Below are positions 1 through 9,187 of a DNA stretch of 64,000 nt, in pieces. Both the position numbers and the translations under genes were made by a program. How positions within the stretch are numbered: position 1 is the stretch's first letter; each line of letters begins with the position of its first letter. The stretch comes from Candidatus Omnitrophota bacterium (GTDB lineage Bacteria > Omnitrophota > Gorgyraeia > Zapsychrales > Fredricksoniimonadaceae), in the NCBI GenBank assembly GCA_903861305.1, contig CAIOTT010000007.1, forward strand, positions 6,027-70,026. The letters run 5' to 3'. The notes under the pieces are model-generated. The model saw nothing but the letters and a program-made list of their open reading frames with translations. It was not told where the DNA came from and did no database searches.

Positions 1-783
1 TTCAATGTCATTCCAGTTAACGCCCGCGGCGGAGAAAACGCTCAGGTCGGTCCAGTTGATGCCAGCCTTAGTAAGGTCCTCGATGTCATACCAGTTCAAT
101 CCTCTTTCCGACATGACATTCAGATCATCCCAGTTGATGTTTGCCGTCGTCAAAGAAGCCAGGCTGTCCCAGTTGACACGGTCAGGCCAGTTTACGCCCG
201 CGCCGGTCATCACAGCCAGGTCATACCAGTTAACACCGGCAGTGGTGAATATCTCAAGGTCATACCAGTTGATCCCGGCCTCCCCCAGAACAGCGATATC
301 GGTCCAGTTGACGCCCTGGGTCGTCATCGTAGCGATATCGAACCAGTTGATCGCGGCATCCGACATGGTGCCCAGATCATCCCAGTTGATGCCCGTCGCG
401 GCAAGCGCATCAATGTCCTGCCAGTTCACGCCCTTGGTCGTCATGGCGTAAAGATCATCCCAGTTGACCCCGGCCTGGCTCATGGCATTAACGTCGGTCC
501 ACTTGATGCCGGCCTCGCTGAGCGCCTGCACACCTCCCCAGTTGACCCCTGACATTTGTGTGGTAACGTTCTTGATCGCCGTAACATCTGAAATTAGAAC
601 GCCAAGATATTCCCAGTTCACCGCGGACGTTGACATGCTCGCGACATCATCCCAATTGATCGCCTTCTTGCTCATGTCACCGATATCGTCCCAGTTCACC
701 TTGTCCAGCTGAGCCTTGAGGGCCGCGATGTTATCCCAGTTGGCATTGGTGAGGTCCCACTGCATCGCTGAAATATCAAGCGG
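1..783 (-). repeat. Coding tandem repeat, ~60-bp period (ccagtt(g/c/a)a(t/c/g) recurs every ~60 nt on the plus strand)
   Basis: The plus-strand motif cccagttgat/ccagttaac/ccagttcac recurs about every 60 nt. This is the reverse complement of (I/V)-N-W codons. I counted about 20 copies by eye, and the array continues past nt 1. Confidence 0.75.
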
Positions 784-1635
784 GGAATATGTTTTAAATT
801 CATGTGTCCCATCTTGATTGATCCTCAGGTCAACGAAATAAGAATGTTTCGTATCCTTGGGAGCCCATGTGCTGGAAGGTTTGCACAGGTACACATCGGT
901 ATCTATCGTCATTGCGATCGTGGCATCCGTACTGTAAGCGTTATTATCAACCGCATAAATGGTCGCATCGCAGGATCCACCCGCATATAAAGGCGCTCGC
1001 TGATTATCAGTTTCAAGCCAAGTGTAGATGGAAAAAGCTTTTGCCACACCGTCATAAACAGCCGAAAATTTCGGACCAGTTCCAACAAAAATATCAAACG
1101 GATCAGATACGGCCGTACCCAAACCGGATGCTGCGGCCTGCAGGGTGAACATCGTCCCGGCACGGTTAAGCTGGATATTCGTGTAATTAGCAAGGCCGCT
1201 CACGACCGTGATGGTCACTGTTCCTCCCAGCGTGGCCTGCCCGGGATTGTGCTGGATCGTTAACGTGACCACCGTAGTGTTGTCGTTAGTGACCACATTG
1301 TTATTCGCATCAAGGATCGCAACGACCGGCTGACGCTCGAAAGGAATGTTGTGGCCGATACTGGAAGGGGAAACAAGGAAGGCGATGTGTGTCGCATCGC
1401 CGTGAGAAAGCGACCCGTTGCTGCCGGAGCTTGAACTGCCGCTGCCGGTCTGCGAACCGCCCGTAAAAATATCGCTGCCGAGCGTGGCCTCACCGCCGCC
1501 ATTCTGACTGCCACCGACAAACTGGGCGCAGACTGACGCCGCCCAAATAACATTTATTAATAAATAAATAATAAATGTTGCGGCGCAGTGCTTGAACGAG
1601 TGTTGGATAGTATTTTCTTTTCTGTTTATTCTCAT
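1..1635 (-). CDS. Secreted repeat protein, 3' end runs off the window: signal peptide, Ig-like region, then about 20 tandem ~20-aa G(V/I)NWxD repeats
   Basis: Absent from the ORF track because it has no stop inside the window. Hand translation of the minus strand from the ATG at ~1635 (MRINRKENTIQHSFKHCAATFIIYLLINVIWAASVCAQ...) stays open for 545 codons to nt 1. Its frame is consistent with track ORF 1260..1553 being an out-of-frame shadow. The N-terminus is hydrophobic and signal-like. A beta-rich segment follows (VVTLTIQHNPGQATLGGTVTITVVSGLANYTNIQL). The tail reads ...VNWDDIGDMSKKAINWDDVASMSTSAVNW...GINWTDLSVFSAAGVNWNDIE. Confidence 0.6.
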   Translation of the reverse strand, partial: MRINRKENTIQHSFKHCAATFIIYLLINVIWAASVCAQFVGGSQNGGGEATLGSDIFTGGSQTGSGSSSSGSNGSLSHGDATHIAFLVSPSSIGHNIPFERQPVVAILDANNNVVTNDNTTVVTLTIQHNPGQATLGGTVTITVVSGLANYTNIQLNRAGTMFTLQAAASGLGTAVSDPFDIFVGTGPKFSAVYDGVAKAFSIYTWLETDNQRAPLYAGGSCDATIYAVDNNAYSTDATIAMTIDTDVYLCKPSSTWAPKDTKHSYFVDLRINQDGTHEFKTYSPLDISAMQWDLTNANWDNIAALKAQLDKVNWDDIGDMSKKAINWDDVASMSTSAVNWEYLGVLISDVTAIKNVTTQMSGVNWGGVQALSEAGIKWTDVNAMSQAGVNWDDLYAMTTKGVNWQDIDALAATGINWDDLGTMSDAAINWFDIATMTTQGVNWTDIAVLGEAGINWYDLEIFTTAGVNWYDLAVMTGAGVNWPDRVNWDSLASLTTANINWDDLNVMSERGLNWYDIEDLTKAGINWTDLSVFSAAGVNWNDIE

Positions 1636-1782
1636 CACCAAAGATCGAGTGGTATGGTGGATTTATGACAGCATTATCTAAGTTATCTTTTTTAACTTCA
1701 ATGAATTTCTAATAATTTTTGTAAAAGATTTTAACATCAAAAAGGAGGGTGTAAACGTTTTTTTCTTCGACGGGAAAAAGGC

Positions 1783-3411
1783 TTAAAAAACAGTCCTGGC
1801 CAGGCGCGCGCCATAAAAGATCCCGGCCGAAGCATCGTGGCGCTGATTCAGCCCCAGGCTGTCAGGATCTTTAGCGGCAAAAGAACGTGAGGAGATTTGA
1901 AAATCAGATGCGTTTGCGGAAGAAAAATCTCCACCGCGATATCCGATCCCTGCTGTTTTATCAACACCTTTACGCGCATCTGAAGGATCAATGCCAGGCC
2001 AGTCAACATTAGTGGCATTGCCTTCGAATGAAGCCGCGGTGGAAAGTTCACCATCACCATGCGTTCCCAAAAATTGACGCCCTTCAGGACGCCCGATCGT
2101 TACGGCAGGTTCGGCAAGATTTCCGGAAAGTTCCATGTTGCCGAAATATCCGGCACCACTGGCCGCACGCGAGGTAGAGTTAACAGCAAAAATACCTGCG
2201 CGCAGGGGGCCTTTCTGCCCCTGGGCCAAACCGCCATTGCGCCCGTCGCCGGACGTCCATCCCAATGCATTCCGATTAAGGTTTGCTGTGCCATTGAGCA
2301 CGGCTTCAGACCCGTTCTCATCCTGGTCCGGCGGATAGATCTCATCCGCGGCGGCAGCGTTGTAAGTGTTGGTCCCCCATGCGAATTCACCCGTAACAGG
2401 CGCCACGTCAACACCGCGCGCTGCTTTTTCAAACTCAAGTTCGGTCATGGGGCGCAATCCCGCCCAATCAGCAAAAGCCGCAACATCAGGCCACGACACG
2501 TAACTCATCGCCCGGGAAGGACGCGCTGTCGTAGCTGGGGTGGCCGGATGTGCCGCATCCCAGGCGATCGTGTTGCGGTCAACCGCACCGCTCGATGCCT
2601 TGCCTCCCTGGACAGAAGAGGTTATATCCCTGTTCAATTTCGCCGCCGGAGACAATGTGTTAAAGAACGAAACCCACTGCCCCTCTGTCAATTCGTATTT
2701 CATGAGATAAAACGCGTTGTAACCTTTCGGAAAAGAATTCGGGATGAGAAACGCATCGCCATTGGCATTCTCATTCGTTGCTCCGGTGGCCTGATAATAA
2801 AAACCACCCGACGGGACATTAGCCGTTGTGATCGCGTTCTCGCTGGAAATATACCACGGGCTGTCATCCGCGGAGCCCCTTTTAAAACGGAACGGCGTTG
2901 CTGATGACCCATCCCCGGCAAAAAATGCTCCGGTCGGGATGTAAACCATTTCAATGCCGAACACTTTGGTAATGGTGTTCGCCGCTTTAGCCGTATCATC
3001 GGAAACGCCATCCTGGGCATAGTTCCACACAAAACGGACACCTGTAGCATTAACATTGCCCGACATTAAATCTGTCCGACGGAAAAAGAACCCTTTCATA
3101 TCTTGCGGAACAAAAACTTCAAACCCCTGGGTCGCAGCGAACCCCGCAGGATTAACGCCGGCCCCGCCCATGCTTGCATGATGCCATGTCTGCCCGCCAT
3201 CCGTTGAATATTTCATAAAAACCCATACCGCATCATGTGAAACTGCATTGCGCCAGCCATTATCCTGCCGCAGATCGATGGTGAATGTCATGCGGTGAGT
3301 GGACGTATCTGTCGCGCTGGCATCTAAATGATTTAGCTTGAGATTGTTGGCAAAAACAGAGGTTGCAAAATTCAGTGTGATCGCCAGTAGAAGGATCGTT
3401 TTTTTTAGCAT
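1783..3411 (-). CDS. Secreted SUMF1/FGE-sulfatase-fold (DUF323) domain protein, paralog 1
   Basis: 542-aa ORF with a signal peptide (MLKKTILLLAITLNFATSVFA). SUMF1-family motifs are present: MVYIPTGAFFAGDG, YLMKYELTEGQWVSFFN, VSWPDVAAFADWAGLRPMTELEFEKAARG, GYRGGDF. A ~140-aa N-terminal domain is shared with the upstream paralog. Confidence 0.8.
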   Translation of the reverse strand: MLKKTILLLAITLNFATSVFANNLKLNHLDASATDTSTHRMTFTIDLRQDNGWRNAVSHDAVWVFMKYSTDGGQTWHHASMGGAGVNPAGFAATQGFEVFVPQDMKGFFFRRTDLMSGNVNATGVRFVWNYAQDGVSDDTAKAANTITKVFGIEMVYIPTGAFFAGDGSSATPFRFKRGSADDSPWYISSENAITTANVPSGGFYYQATGATNENANGDAFLIPNSFPKGYNAFYLMKYELTEGQWVSFFNTLSPAAKLNRDITSSVQGGKASSGAVDRNTIAWDAAHPATPATTARPSRAMSYVSWPDVAAFADWAGLRPMTELEFEKAARGVDVAPVTGEFAWGTNTYNAAAADEIYPPDQDENGSEAVLNGTANLNRNALGWTSGDGRNGGLAQGQKGPLRAGIFAVNSTSRAASGAGYFGNMELSGNLAEPAVTIGRPEGRQFLGTHGDGELSTAASFEGNATNVDWPGIDPSDARKGVDKTAGIGYRGGDFSSANASDFQISSRSFAAKDPDSLGLNQRHDASAGIFYGARLARTVF

Positions 3412-3445
3412 AATAGGGATTCAAAATTTACGGTTGAACGGGATA

Positions 3446-5020
3446 TCACTGATCTTCCGCGGAGCGTGCCCCGCGACCGCCATACGTCGACGCCGCGCCG
3501 GAAGCACCAGAAGCCGCTTCAGAACGATCAGAAACTGCCAGACGCGATGAAGGATCCGCCCACGAACCGCCGCGAAATCCCGCGCCTGCTGCCGACGTCA
3601 CGCCATGCGTGGGATCAGCATCCATGCCGGGCCAAGCTGCCGTATTGGCATTGCCTTCAGCACCGGCCACTGCGGTAAGGTAACCATCGCCATGAACGCC
3701 AGAAAATGGAAGCGCGGATGCATTCCCGACGGAAACAATCCATTCTTTAGCGTTGCCGGAAAGGTCGAGCACACCATAATTCCCTGCTCCGGAAGCCGTA
3801 CGGTCAGAGGTCGTGGTCGAAAAGATCCCCGCGCGCAACGGCCCCTGCTGATGCTCAGGCCCCTGCCCCGCATTCCCCCCTGATAACGTAACACTATTAT
3901 AGCGCGCGTTCGCACCCAACGTGGTCACAGCCTCTGTTCCGTCTTCAGAAACACCCGAAAGAGCATCCGCCGCAATGATATTCGTGTTCCCCCAGGCGTA
4001 CTCACCATTAAGCGGAAGGAATGGGCCCCTCGCCGCCTTTTCGAATTCCAACTCCGTAACAGGACGCAAACCAGCCCAGTCGAGAAAAGCGCAAATGTCA
4101 GGCCACGACAAAAAAGTCATGGCGCGCTGTGGGTTAGCGCTACCGCATACCAGAGGAGATCCGGAGCAAGCAAGCGTATTACGCGCAACGACCGCATCGG
4201 AATTCTTGTGGGCTGCATCCGTCACATCCCTGTGACTTCTGGCGGCCGCTGGCAAAGCGTTGACAAATTCAACCCACTGCCCTTCGGTCAATTCGTACTT
4301 CATTAAATAGAACGCGTTATAACCCTTGGGAAATGAAACGGGAATAATAAAAGATGAGCCGGTCGCTGACTCCCCCGGATTAGCTGCTGAAACATAATAA
4401 TTCCCGCCAGAAGACGCTCCGGTGACATTGACAGCAGACTCACTGGTGAGCGGCCACGGGCTGTTATCCGCAGCTCCGCGCCTGAAAGCTGCGGTGGAAA
4501 AACCATTGTCGCCAGCAAAGAACGCCCCCTTGGGGATAAGGACCATTTCAACGGCATTAACCGTAGCCGAAACATTGCTGGTCGCGGTAAAACCGCACGC
4601 ATCATAGTTGACCGTGAGCATCGCGCTCATCGTTGCAACATCGGCCGCCGGATGATTTGTCGCGCGACGGAAAAAGACCCCTGTTTTATCAGAAGGCGCA
4701 AATATTTCAAGGTCCGTGTTGGATCCGCGCACCGCGCCCGACGGGTTCAACCCCGCAGCCGTCATCAAGCATAATTTCTTTTCCGCAGACGTATCGTCCT
4801 GTAAACGGACCGTAACCCAGGCCGCGTCATGATTGATCTTGTTCCGCCAGGAATTCTTCCAGGAAATATCAAAAAAGACGGCCAGCGTCTTAGCCGCTGT
4901 ATCGCGTGGCCCTAGACGTACATTTGTAACAACAAGATCATTGGCCTGGGAAACCCGGGGAAGGACAAAAATCGAAATGATCAGGACTAATCCAAGGATA
5001 CCTGTATTCCTGGTGTTCAT
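3446..5020 (-). CDS. Secreted SUMF1/FGE-sulfatase-fold (DUF323) domain protein, paralog 2
   Basis: 524-aa ORF with AAGGAG before the ATG and a signal peptide. Motifs: MVLIPKGAFFAGDN, YLMKYELTEGQWVEFVN, LSWPDICAFLDWAGLRPVTELEFEKAARG, GFRGGSW. Collinear with 1783..3411. Confidence 0.8.
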   Translation of the reverse strand: MNTRNTGILGLVLIISIFVLPRVSQANDLVVTNVRLGPRDTAAKTLAVFFDISWKNSWRNKINHDAAWVTVRLQDDTSAEKKLCLMTAAGLNPSGAVRGSNTDLEIFAPSDKTGVFFRRATNHPAADVATMSAMLTVNYDACGFTATSNVSATVNAVEMVLIPKGAFFAGDNGFSTAAFRRGAADNSPWPLTSESAVNVTGASSGGNYYVSAANPGESATGSSFIIPVSFPKGYNAFYLMKYELTEGQWVEFVNALPAAARSHRDVTDAAHKNSDAVVARNTLACSGSPLVCGSANPQRAMTFLSWPDICAFLDWAGLRPVTELEFEKAARGPFLPLNGEYAWGNTNIIAADALSGVSEDGTEAVTTLGANARYNSVTLSGGNAGQGPEHQQGPLRAGIFSTTTSDRTASGAGNYGVLDLSGNAKEWIVSVGNASALPFSGVHGDGYLTAVAGAEGNANTAAWPGMDADPTHGVTSAAGAGFRGGSWADPSSRLAVSDRSEAASGASGAASTYGGRGARSAEDQ

Positions 5021-5069
5021 ACCGCTCCTTTAAACTACCCATCGCACCCTTCAGACAGGGATCAAAGAA

Positions 5070-5897
5070 CTACCTGGAAAGATTCTGCTGACCCGAAAGT
5101 TCCATTTTATCAAGCCGGGACTGAACGCGGCTGCGTCCAACAAGTTTTGCGGCTACGATCTTTTCCTCAACCAGCTTGCGATCCTGCGCATTCGGCTTCA
5201 AATAAAGATACCACTGATAATGCTTAAGCGCTGTTTCCTGGTCGCCAATGAACTCAGCACTGACATAGGCGAGATTGTAATGCGCGTCCGCGTCATACGG
5301 CATCAGGTCAACTGCCTGGTAATACTCGACGACAGACCTCTGATACTCGCCTCTTTCAAAATATACGTTACCCATATTATAGTGGGCACGCGCCAATTCT
5401 TCCTTGAATTTCTCATCTTCAGGGTCAAGGTCGCCGCCCTTTTGCAGGATCTCGTTCGCCTTCTTCTCAACATCGGCAGGGTCGCCTGCGGGAAGGGATG
5501 TCTGGACCTTGGGGGCTTCCTTTTTCTTGGTATCCTGAACGTCTTTAAAATCAGACTCCATCTTTTTCATGCGGGCGTCGACAGTTTCCTTCTGTTGGGA
5601 AAGCAATCCCTTCAACTCTTCGATCTCTTTGGTCTGCTTGGAATTCTGATTGTCTGACCGACGGATCTCCTTGATCAGCTCTTCTCTTTCCTGGCGCATT
5701 TCTTCAACGCGTTTAACCTCGTATTCCTTTTCATTCTTGAGGCGGTCGATCTCTTTTTGAAGGGACTCAGGATCGACCTGCGCACTCTGGGTCGACGGAT
5801 CAGTTGCTGCATGGCATGGGCATGCGGAAAGGAACAAAAAACCACCCGCAGCTGCAGCCACAATGACCGTCATCTTCCAAGAATATACTGGCCTCAT
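5070..5897 (-). CDS. TPR and coiled-coil lipoprotein, possibly a PilF/PilW-like secretin pilotin
   Basis: The track ORF 5070..5930 starts at a GTG. An internal ATG at 5897 gives MRPVYSWKMTVIVAAAAGGFLFLSAC, which carries an LSAC lipobox. A K/E-rich coiled coil follows, then canonical TPRs (AHYNMGNVYFERGEYQRSVVEYYQAVDLMPYDADAHYNLAYV). It lies immediately downstream of the secretin with overlapping stop and start. Confidence 0.6.
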   Translation of the reverse strand: MRPVYSWKMTVIVAAAAGGFLFLSACPCHAATDPSTQSAQVDPESLQKEIDRLKNEKEYEVKRVEEMRQEREELIKEIRRSDNQNSKQTKEIEELKGLLSQQKETVDARMKKMESDFKDVQDTKKKEAPKVQTSLPAGDPADVEKKANEILQKGGDLDPEDEKFKEELARAHYNMGNVYFERGEYQRSVVEYYQAVDLMPYDADAHYNLAYVSAEFIGDQETALKHYQWYLYLKPNAQDRKLVEEKIVAAKLVGRSRVQSRLDKMELSGQQNLSR

Positions 5898-5926
5898 AGA
5901 GAAGATCTCCCTAAACTTTTTAATGA

Positions 5927-7522
5927 TCACTTATTGTATGCCTTTGACGGTTTTATAGACCCGTCCGGCGTCTTGTAATCTTCTTTTCCTGTCAGGATAT
6001 GCGGCGTAATGAATATAACGATCTCTGAAGAAGATATCGAATCAGATTCACGGCTGAAAAGCTTGTCAATATAAGGCAGGTCCATCAAGACAGGAAAGCC
6101 TTTCTTGGCATGTACCTTGTCATCCTTGCGCAAACCAGCCATGATGATCGTGGTGCCATCCTCCACGACCAGCGTGGTCTCAACTTCAGTCTTGTTGACC
6201 TGGGGAATACCACCGCCCTTGGATGTGATCTTGTCAACAACGGAAGATATCTCGGGTCGCAGGCGCATGGTGATCATGCCGTCATCGTTGATGGTCGGGG
6301 TCACGTTAAGTTTCAAGCCGACATCGATGAACCGGACATCCTCGCTGGTGATCGCGTTGTCACCTGTGCCGGACACGGTTGAAATTATATACGGCACCGT
6401 ATCGCCGATATGGATGCGGGATTCCTCATTGTTGATCGCCATGATCTTAGGATTGGACAACAGCTTGGTGTCACTGACCTGCTGCATCGCGCGAATATTC
6501 ACCGCGAACTGATCCGCGTTAAGATTGCCAACCGCGATCTGACCGAATGTCGCCGACAAATTATCCGACGTAGACATGGCAGCTGAGTTCATATACAAGT
6601 TCTTGAACTGAACGTTCGGCGTAGGACTGCCGCTGCTGGCGATATTCCAATCAATGCCTGCATCATAATTCGGCTTAAAGATAACCTGCAGGATGCGCGC
6701 CTCGATCAGGACTTCCTTGGTAGGTTCATCCAGATGGCGGATGACCTTCTCAACCTCTTCCTTACGGCCAGGGAATACACGGACAACCAGCTGGTTCGAG
6801 CGTTCATCCGGCGTTATCGATCCGACGGACTTGGCATCAATACGAGCGCGCAATTTATCAGCGACCACATCAGCCTTCGCATATTGAAGATTGTACACAA
6901 CTGTTTCCAGCGGCTGTTCAATGTCAGCCAGGATCTTTTTCATCTTCTCGATGGATTCAGGGGTGTCGATAAGCACAACAGCACCTGTATCCTCATCGAT
7001 GATGATCTTGCCCACATTACTCTTAATATTGTCCAGGGCGGAAAGGACATAGCTGGGTTTTGCGTACTGCAAGCGGAACGTGGCCACAACGGTCTTATCA
7101 CTGAACTGCTTGCCGAACATGGCCTCGTACTCGGCGGACGTCATGACCTGAACGATATTGTTCTGAATACTGTACGCCAGACGATTGGAAATAACGACAA
7201 TATCGAGGGCATCCTTGATAGCCACATTGTCCAAAAGGACAGTGGTCCGGCCGTCAACGGTGGGGCTAATGATCACATTATACTCGCCTTTCATCGCCAG
7301 GAACTTGAGGACATCAACGATGTTCATGTCGCGGACGTCAAGCGCGATCTTGCGGTTCAAACGCTCTTCAAGCGATTCCTTGGGCTGGGTAATGATCAGC
7401 GGTTTTGGTGTTTGCGCCTCTTGCGCCATTGCCGGCCGAATGGCCGTCACGACAAAAGCAGCCAGCATGCCGGTGAACAGCGTCGCCATGATCTTCCGGG
7501 GGGAAAGGGTGTGTGTTGTCAT
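5927..7522 (-). CDS. Secretin family outer-membrane channel (GspD/PilQ type)
   Basis: The C-terminal secretin domain shows LLSNPKIMAINNEESRIHIGDTVPYI and GFPVLMDLPYIDKLFS. The N-terminus has an STN/N0-like domain (DVRDMNIVDVLKFLAMKGEYNVIISPTVDG) and repeated N1-type domains. The track ORF starts at a TTG at 7552. The ATG at 7522 forms an ATGA overlap with the upstream stop, so I prefer it. Confidence 0.85.
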   Translation of the reverse strand: MTTHTLSPRKIMATLFTGMLAAFVVTAIRPAMAQEAQTPKPLIITQPKESLEERLNRKIALDVRDMNIVDVLKFLAMKGEYNVIISPTVDGRTTVLLDNVAIKDALDIVVISNRLAYSIQNNIVQVMTSAEYEAMFGKQFSDKTVVATFRLQYAKPSYVLSALDNIKSNVGKIIIDEDTGAVVLIDTPESIEKMKKILADIEQPLETVVYNLQYAKADVVADKLRARIDAKSVGSITPDERSNQLVVRVFPGRKEEVEKVIRHLDEPTKEVLIEARILQVIFKPNYDAGIDWNIASSGSPTPNVQFKNLYMNSAAMSTSDNLSATFGQIAVGNLNADQFAVNIRAMQQVSDTKLLSNPKIMAINNEESRIHIGDTVPYIISTVSGTGDNAITSEDVRFIDVGLKLNVTPTINDDGMITMRLRPEISSVVDKITSKGGGIPQVNKTEVETTLVVEDGTTIIMAGLRKDDKVHAKKGFPVLMDLPYIDKLFSRESDSISSSEIVIFITPHILTGKEDYKTPDGSIKPSKAYNK

Positions 7523-8115
7523 AGCTTGATCGTTATCTCCTCGTTGGCGCAACTGAAGACCACTCTGTCAGTAAAAATGGTCTTCACTTTCACATCTTCG
7601 ATTTTATCTCCCTCTTTCAAGAAATGTGTCTCGTGCTTGCCTGTATCCTCAAGCATGGCGGTGGCTGACTCCGGCACATCAAGCCAGGCGACGCCGACAA
7701 GCTTGTATTTTGACATTTTTGTCTGCAGTCCAATATCGGCGGACGACGCCGATTGATCAGCGGCTTTCTTTTCATACGGCTGAAAAATATTACGCGACGC
7801 GATCTTGTCGAGATAATACGTGATGTTCTTCATTTGAGGGACCAAGATACCGGGCGCATCTTTTGCCGCAGCCGCAGCGTCAGGCATGCTGACGTCCTGG
7901 CCCAGAAGAGAAAAACCGCTATTGATCTGATACACAAAGAATATCAAACCTGCCACGACAGCGGCAATGAGTGCGCCATTGATCTGCTGGAAAGAAACCC
8001 CGAGAAGAGGCTTTTGGACCTTGGCGGCGTTGACAGCAGAAGCTCCGGCCTTGGCCTGTTTCGTGGCCTCAATGATCTTAAGTAACTTTTCCTCTGCGGT
8101 CTCTTTCTTGGCCAT
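7519..8115 (-). CDS. Membrane-anchored protein with a GspC/PilP HR-like C-terminal domain
   Basis: 198 aa with one TM segment (LIAAVVAGLIFFVYQI). The C-terminal segment YKLVGVAWLDVPESATAMLEDTGKHETHFLKEGDKIEDVKVKTIFTDRVVFSCANEEITIKL resembles the secretin-binding HR domain of GspC/PilP. Translationally coupled to the secretin. Confidence 0.4.
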   Translation of the reverse strand: MAKKETAEEKLLKIIEATKQAKAGASAVNAAKVQKPLLGVSFQQINGALIAAVVAGLIFFVYQINSGFSLLGQDVSMPDAAAAAKDAPGILVPQMKNITYYLDKIASRNIFQPYEKKAADQSASSADIGLQTKMSKYKLVGVAWLDVPESATAMLEDTGKHETHFLKEGDKIEDVKVKTIFTDRVVFSCANEEITIKL

Positions 8116-8209
8116 CGTCGGTATTTTATACCATTTTATTATAGGAATTTAATTTTCTTATCTAGGACATTTTTATATTAACATAGCGGAAGTCACCCGC
8201 AAGTTCTTT

Positions 8210-9187
8210 TTAAATTTTTTCACGACTGAAATAACGGCCTCCGAAAAAAACGATCCCGCCGAAAACAAACCCCGCGGCCCGCGCTAGGGCACGCAGCCAC
8301 AGGACGACCCCGGCCCATGCGCCTGACAACCACCCCCCCATGATCACCCTTCCAAAAATAACTTGAAAGATCAGGCTCGCGCCCATAAGGACAAGACCTG
8401 CCAAAGGTTGAAAAAAAATAATGGCCTGGGCCATGGCCAGCGGGATCTCCAGAATGTCCTTCCAGAAAGTATAACCATCCCCCCCCATCATGCCCGGATG
8501 ATCCATGTACATTTTAACGCGCCAGGAACCATGGCGGAACTGTTCTTTCAGGTAACGCGGCAACGACTCCTGGTGATAGTGGTCAACACACGCATCCTTG
8601 AGAAAAAGGATCCTCCCACCGTTGGCGATGATCTTGTAACTGAGGTCATTGTCTTCACCGCTGGCCCGGCGGTACCTGTCGTTGAATCCGCCGACGGCCT
8701 CGAACATCCCCCGTCTGACCGCGAAATTGTAACTGCCGAAAGCCCCCGGGTACAACGGCATGAGCACGCGGTGACGGAACATGATATCCGCATGAATGAC
8801 GCGCGCCAGCGCTGAAGAAGGGTTCGCGATCCCGTAACTCCCGGCCACGACCGCGACATTTTCCTTGATGAACCCGTCCATCATGGCCGCGATCCACCCC
8901 CGCTGTGGGCGGCAGTCCGAATCTGTAAAAAAAATAAAATCGCCCTTCGCCTCCCGAGCCCCGAGGTTGCGAGCGCTGGCCGGGCCCGCATTGTCCTGAC
9001 GAATGTAACGCACACCAGGATAATGTTTTACGATCTCAGCCGTACGGTCCGTGGACCCGTCATCAACAATGACAAGCTCCATACCTCCAGGATGCCCTTG
9101 CCCGAGCACTGCCTCGATCAACCCCGGCAAAGTAGCCTCGGCGTTATACGCCGGAACAACGATACTGATGAAAGGTTCAGCGGCCAC
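8210..9187 (-). CDS. Glycosyltransferase family 2 with a C-terminal membrane domain
   Basis: ISIVVPAYNAE...LVIVDDGSTDRT...FFTDSDC are GT-A fold DxD-type motifs. The C-terminus has hydrophobic helices. Confidence 0.8.
   Translation of the reverse strand: MAAEPFISIVVPAYNAEATLPGLIEAVLGQGHPGGMELVIVDDGSTDRTAEIVKHYPGVRYIRQDNAGPASARNLGAREAKGDFIFFTDSDCRPQRGWIAAMMDGFIKENVAVVAGSYGIANPSSALARVIHADIMFRHRVLMPLYPGAFGSYNFAVRRGMFEAVGGFNDRYRRASGEDNDLSYKIIANGGRILFLKDACVDHYHQESLPRYLKEQFRHGSWRVKMYMDHPGMMGGDGYTFWKDILEIPLAMAQAIIFFQPLAGLVLMGASLIFQVIFGRVIMGGWLSGAWAGVVLWLRALARAAGFVFGGIVFFGGRYFSREKI

Noticed and set aside
5-712. Plus-strand ORFs 5..451 and 464..712, with repetitive SQLTPA/SQLMP-type translations
   Set aside because: These are antisense shadows of the minus-strand NW-repeat gene. 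The minus frame gives a signal peptide and a clean 20-aa repeat and stays open for 545 codons. The plus ORFs are short and low-complexity, and they are broken by stops.
1-783. A regular ~60-bp periodicity that could be mistaken for a CRISPR array or satellite
   Set aside because: There are no unique spacers alternating with identical repeats. The period is a multiple of 3, and the whole region is one open reading frame, so this is a protein repeat.
6734-7756. A 340-aa plus-strand ORF opposite the secretin and GspC-like genes; likewise 54249..55463 opposite aspS and 51250..52032 opposite the HD gene
   Set aside because: They are antisense to confidently identified genes, and I could recognise no domains in them.
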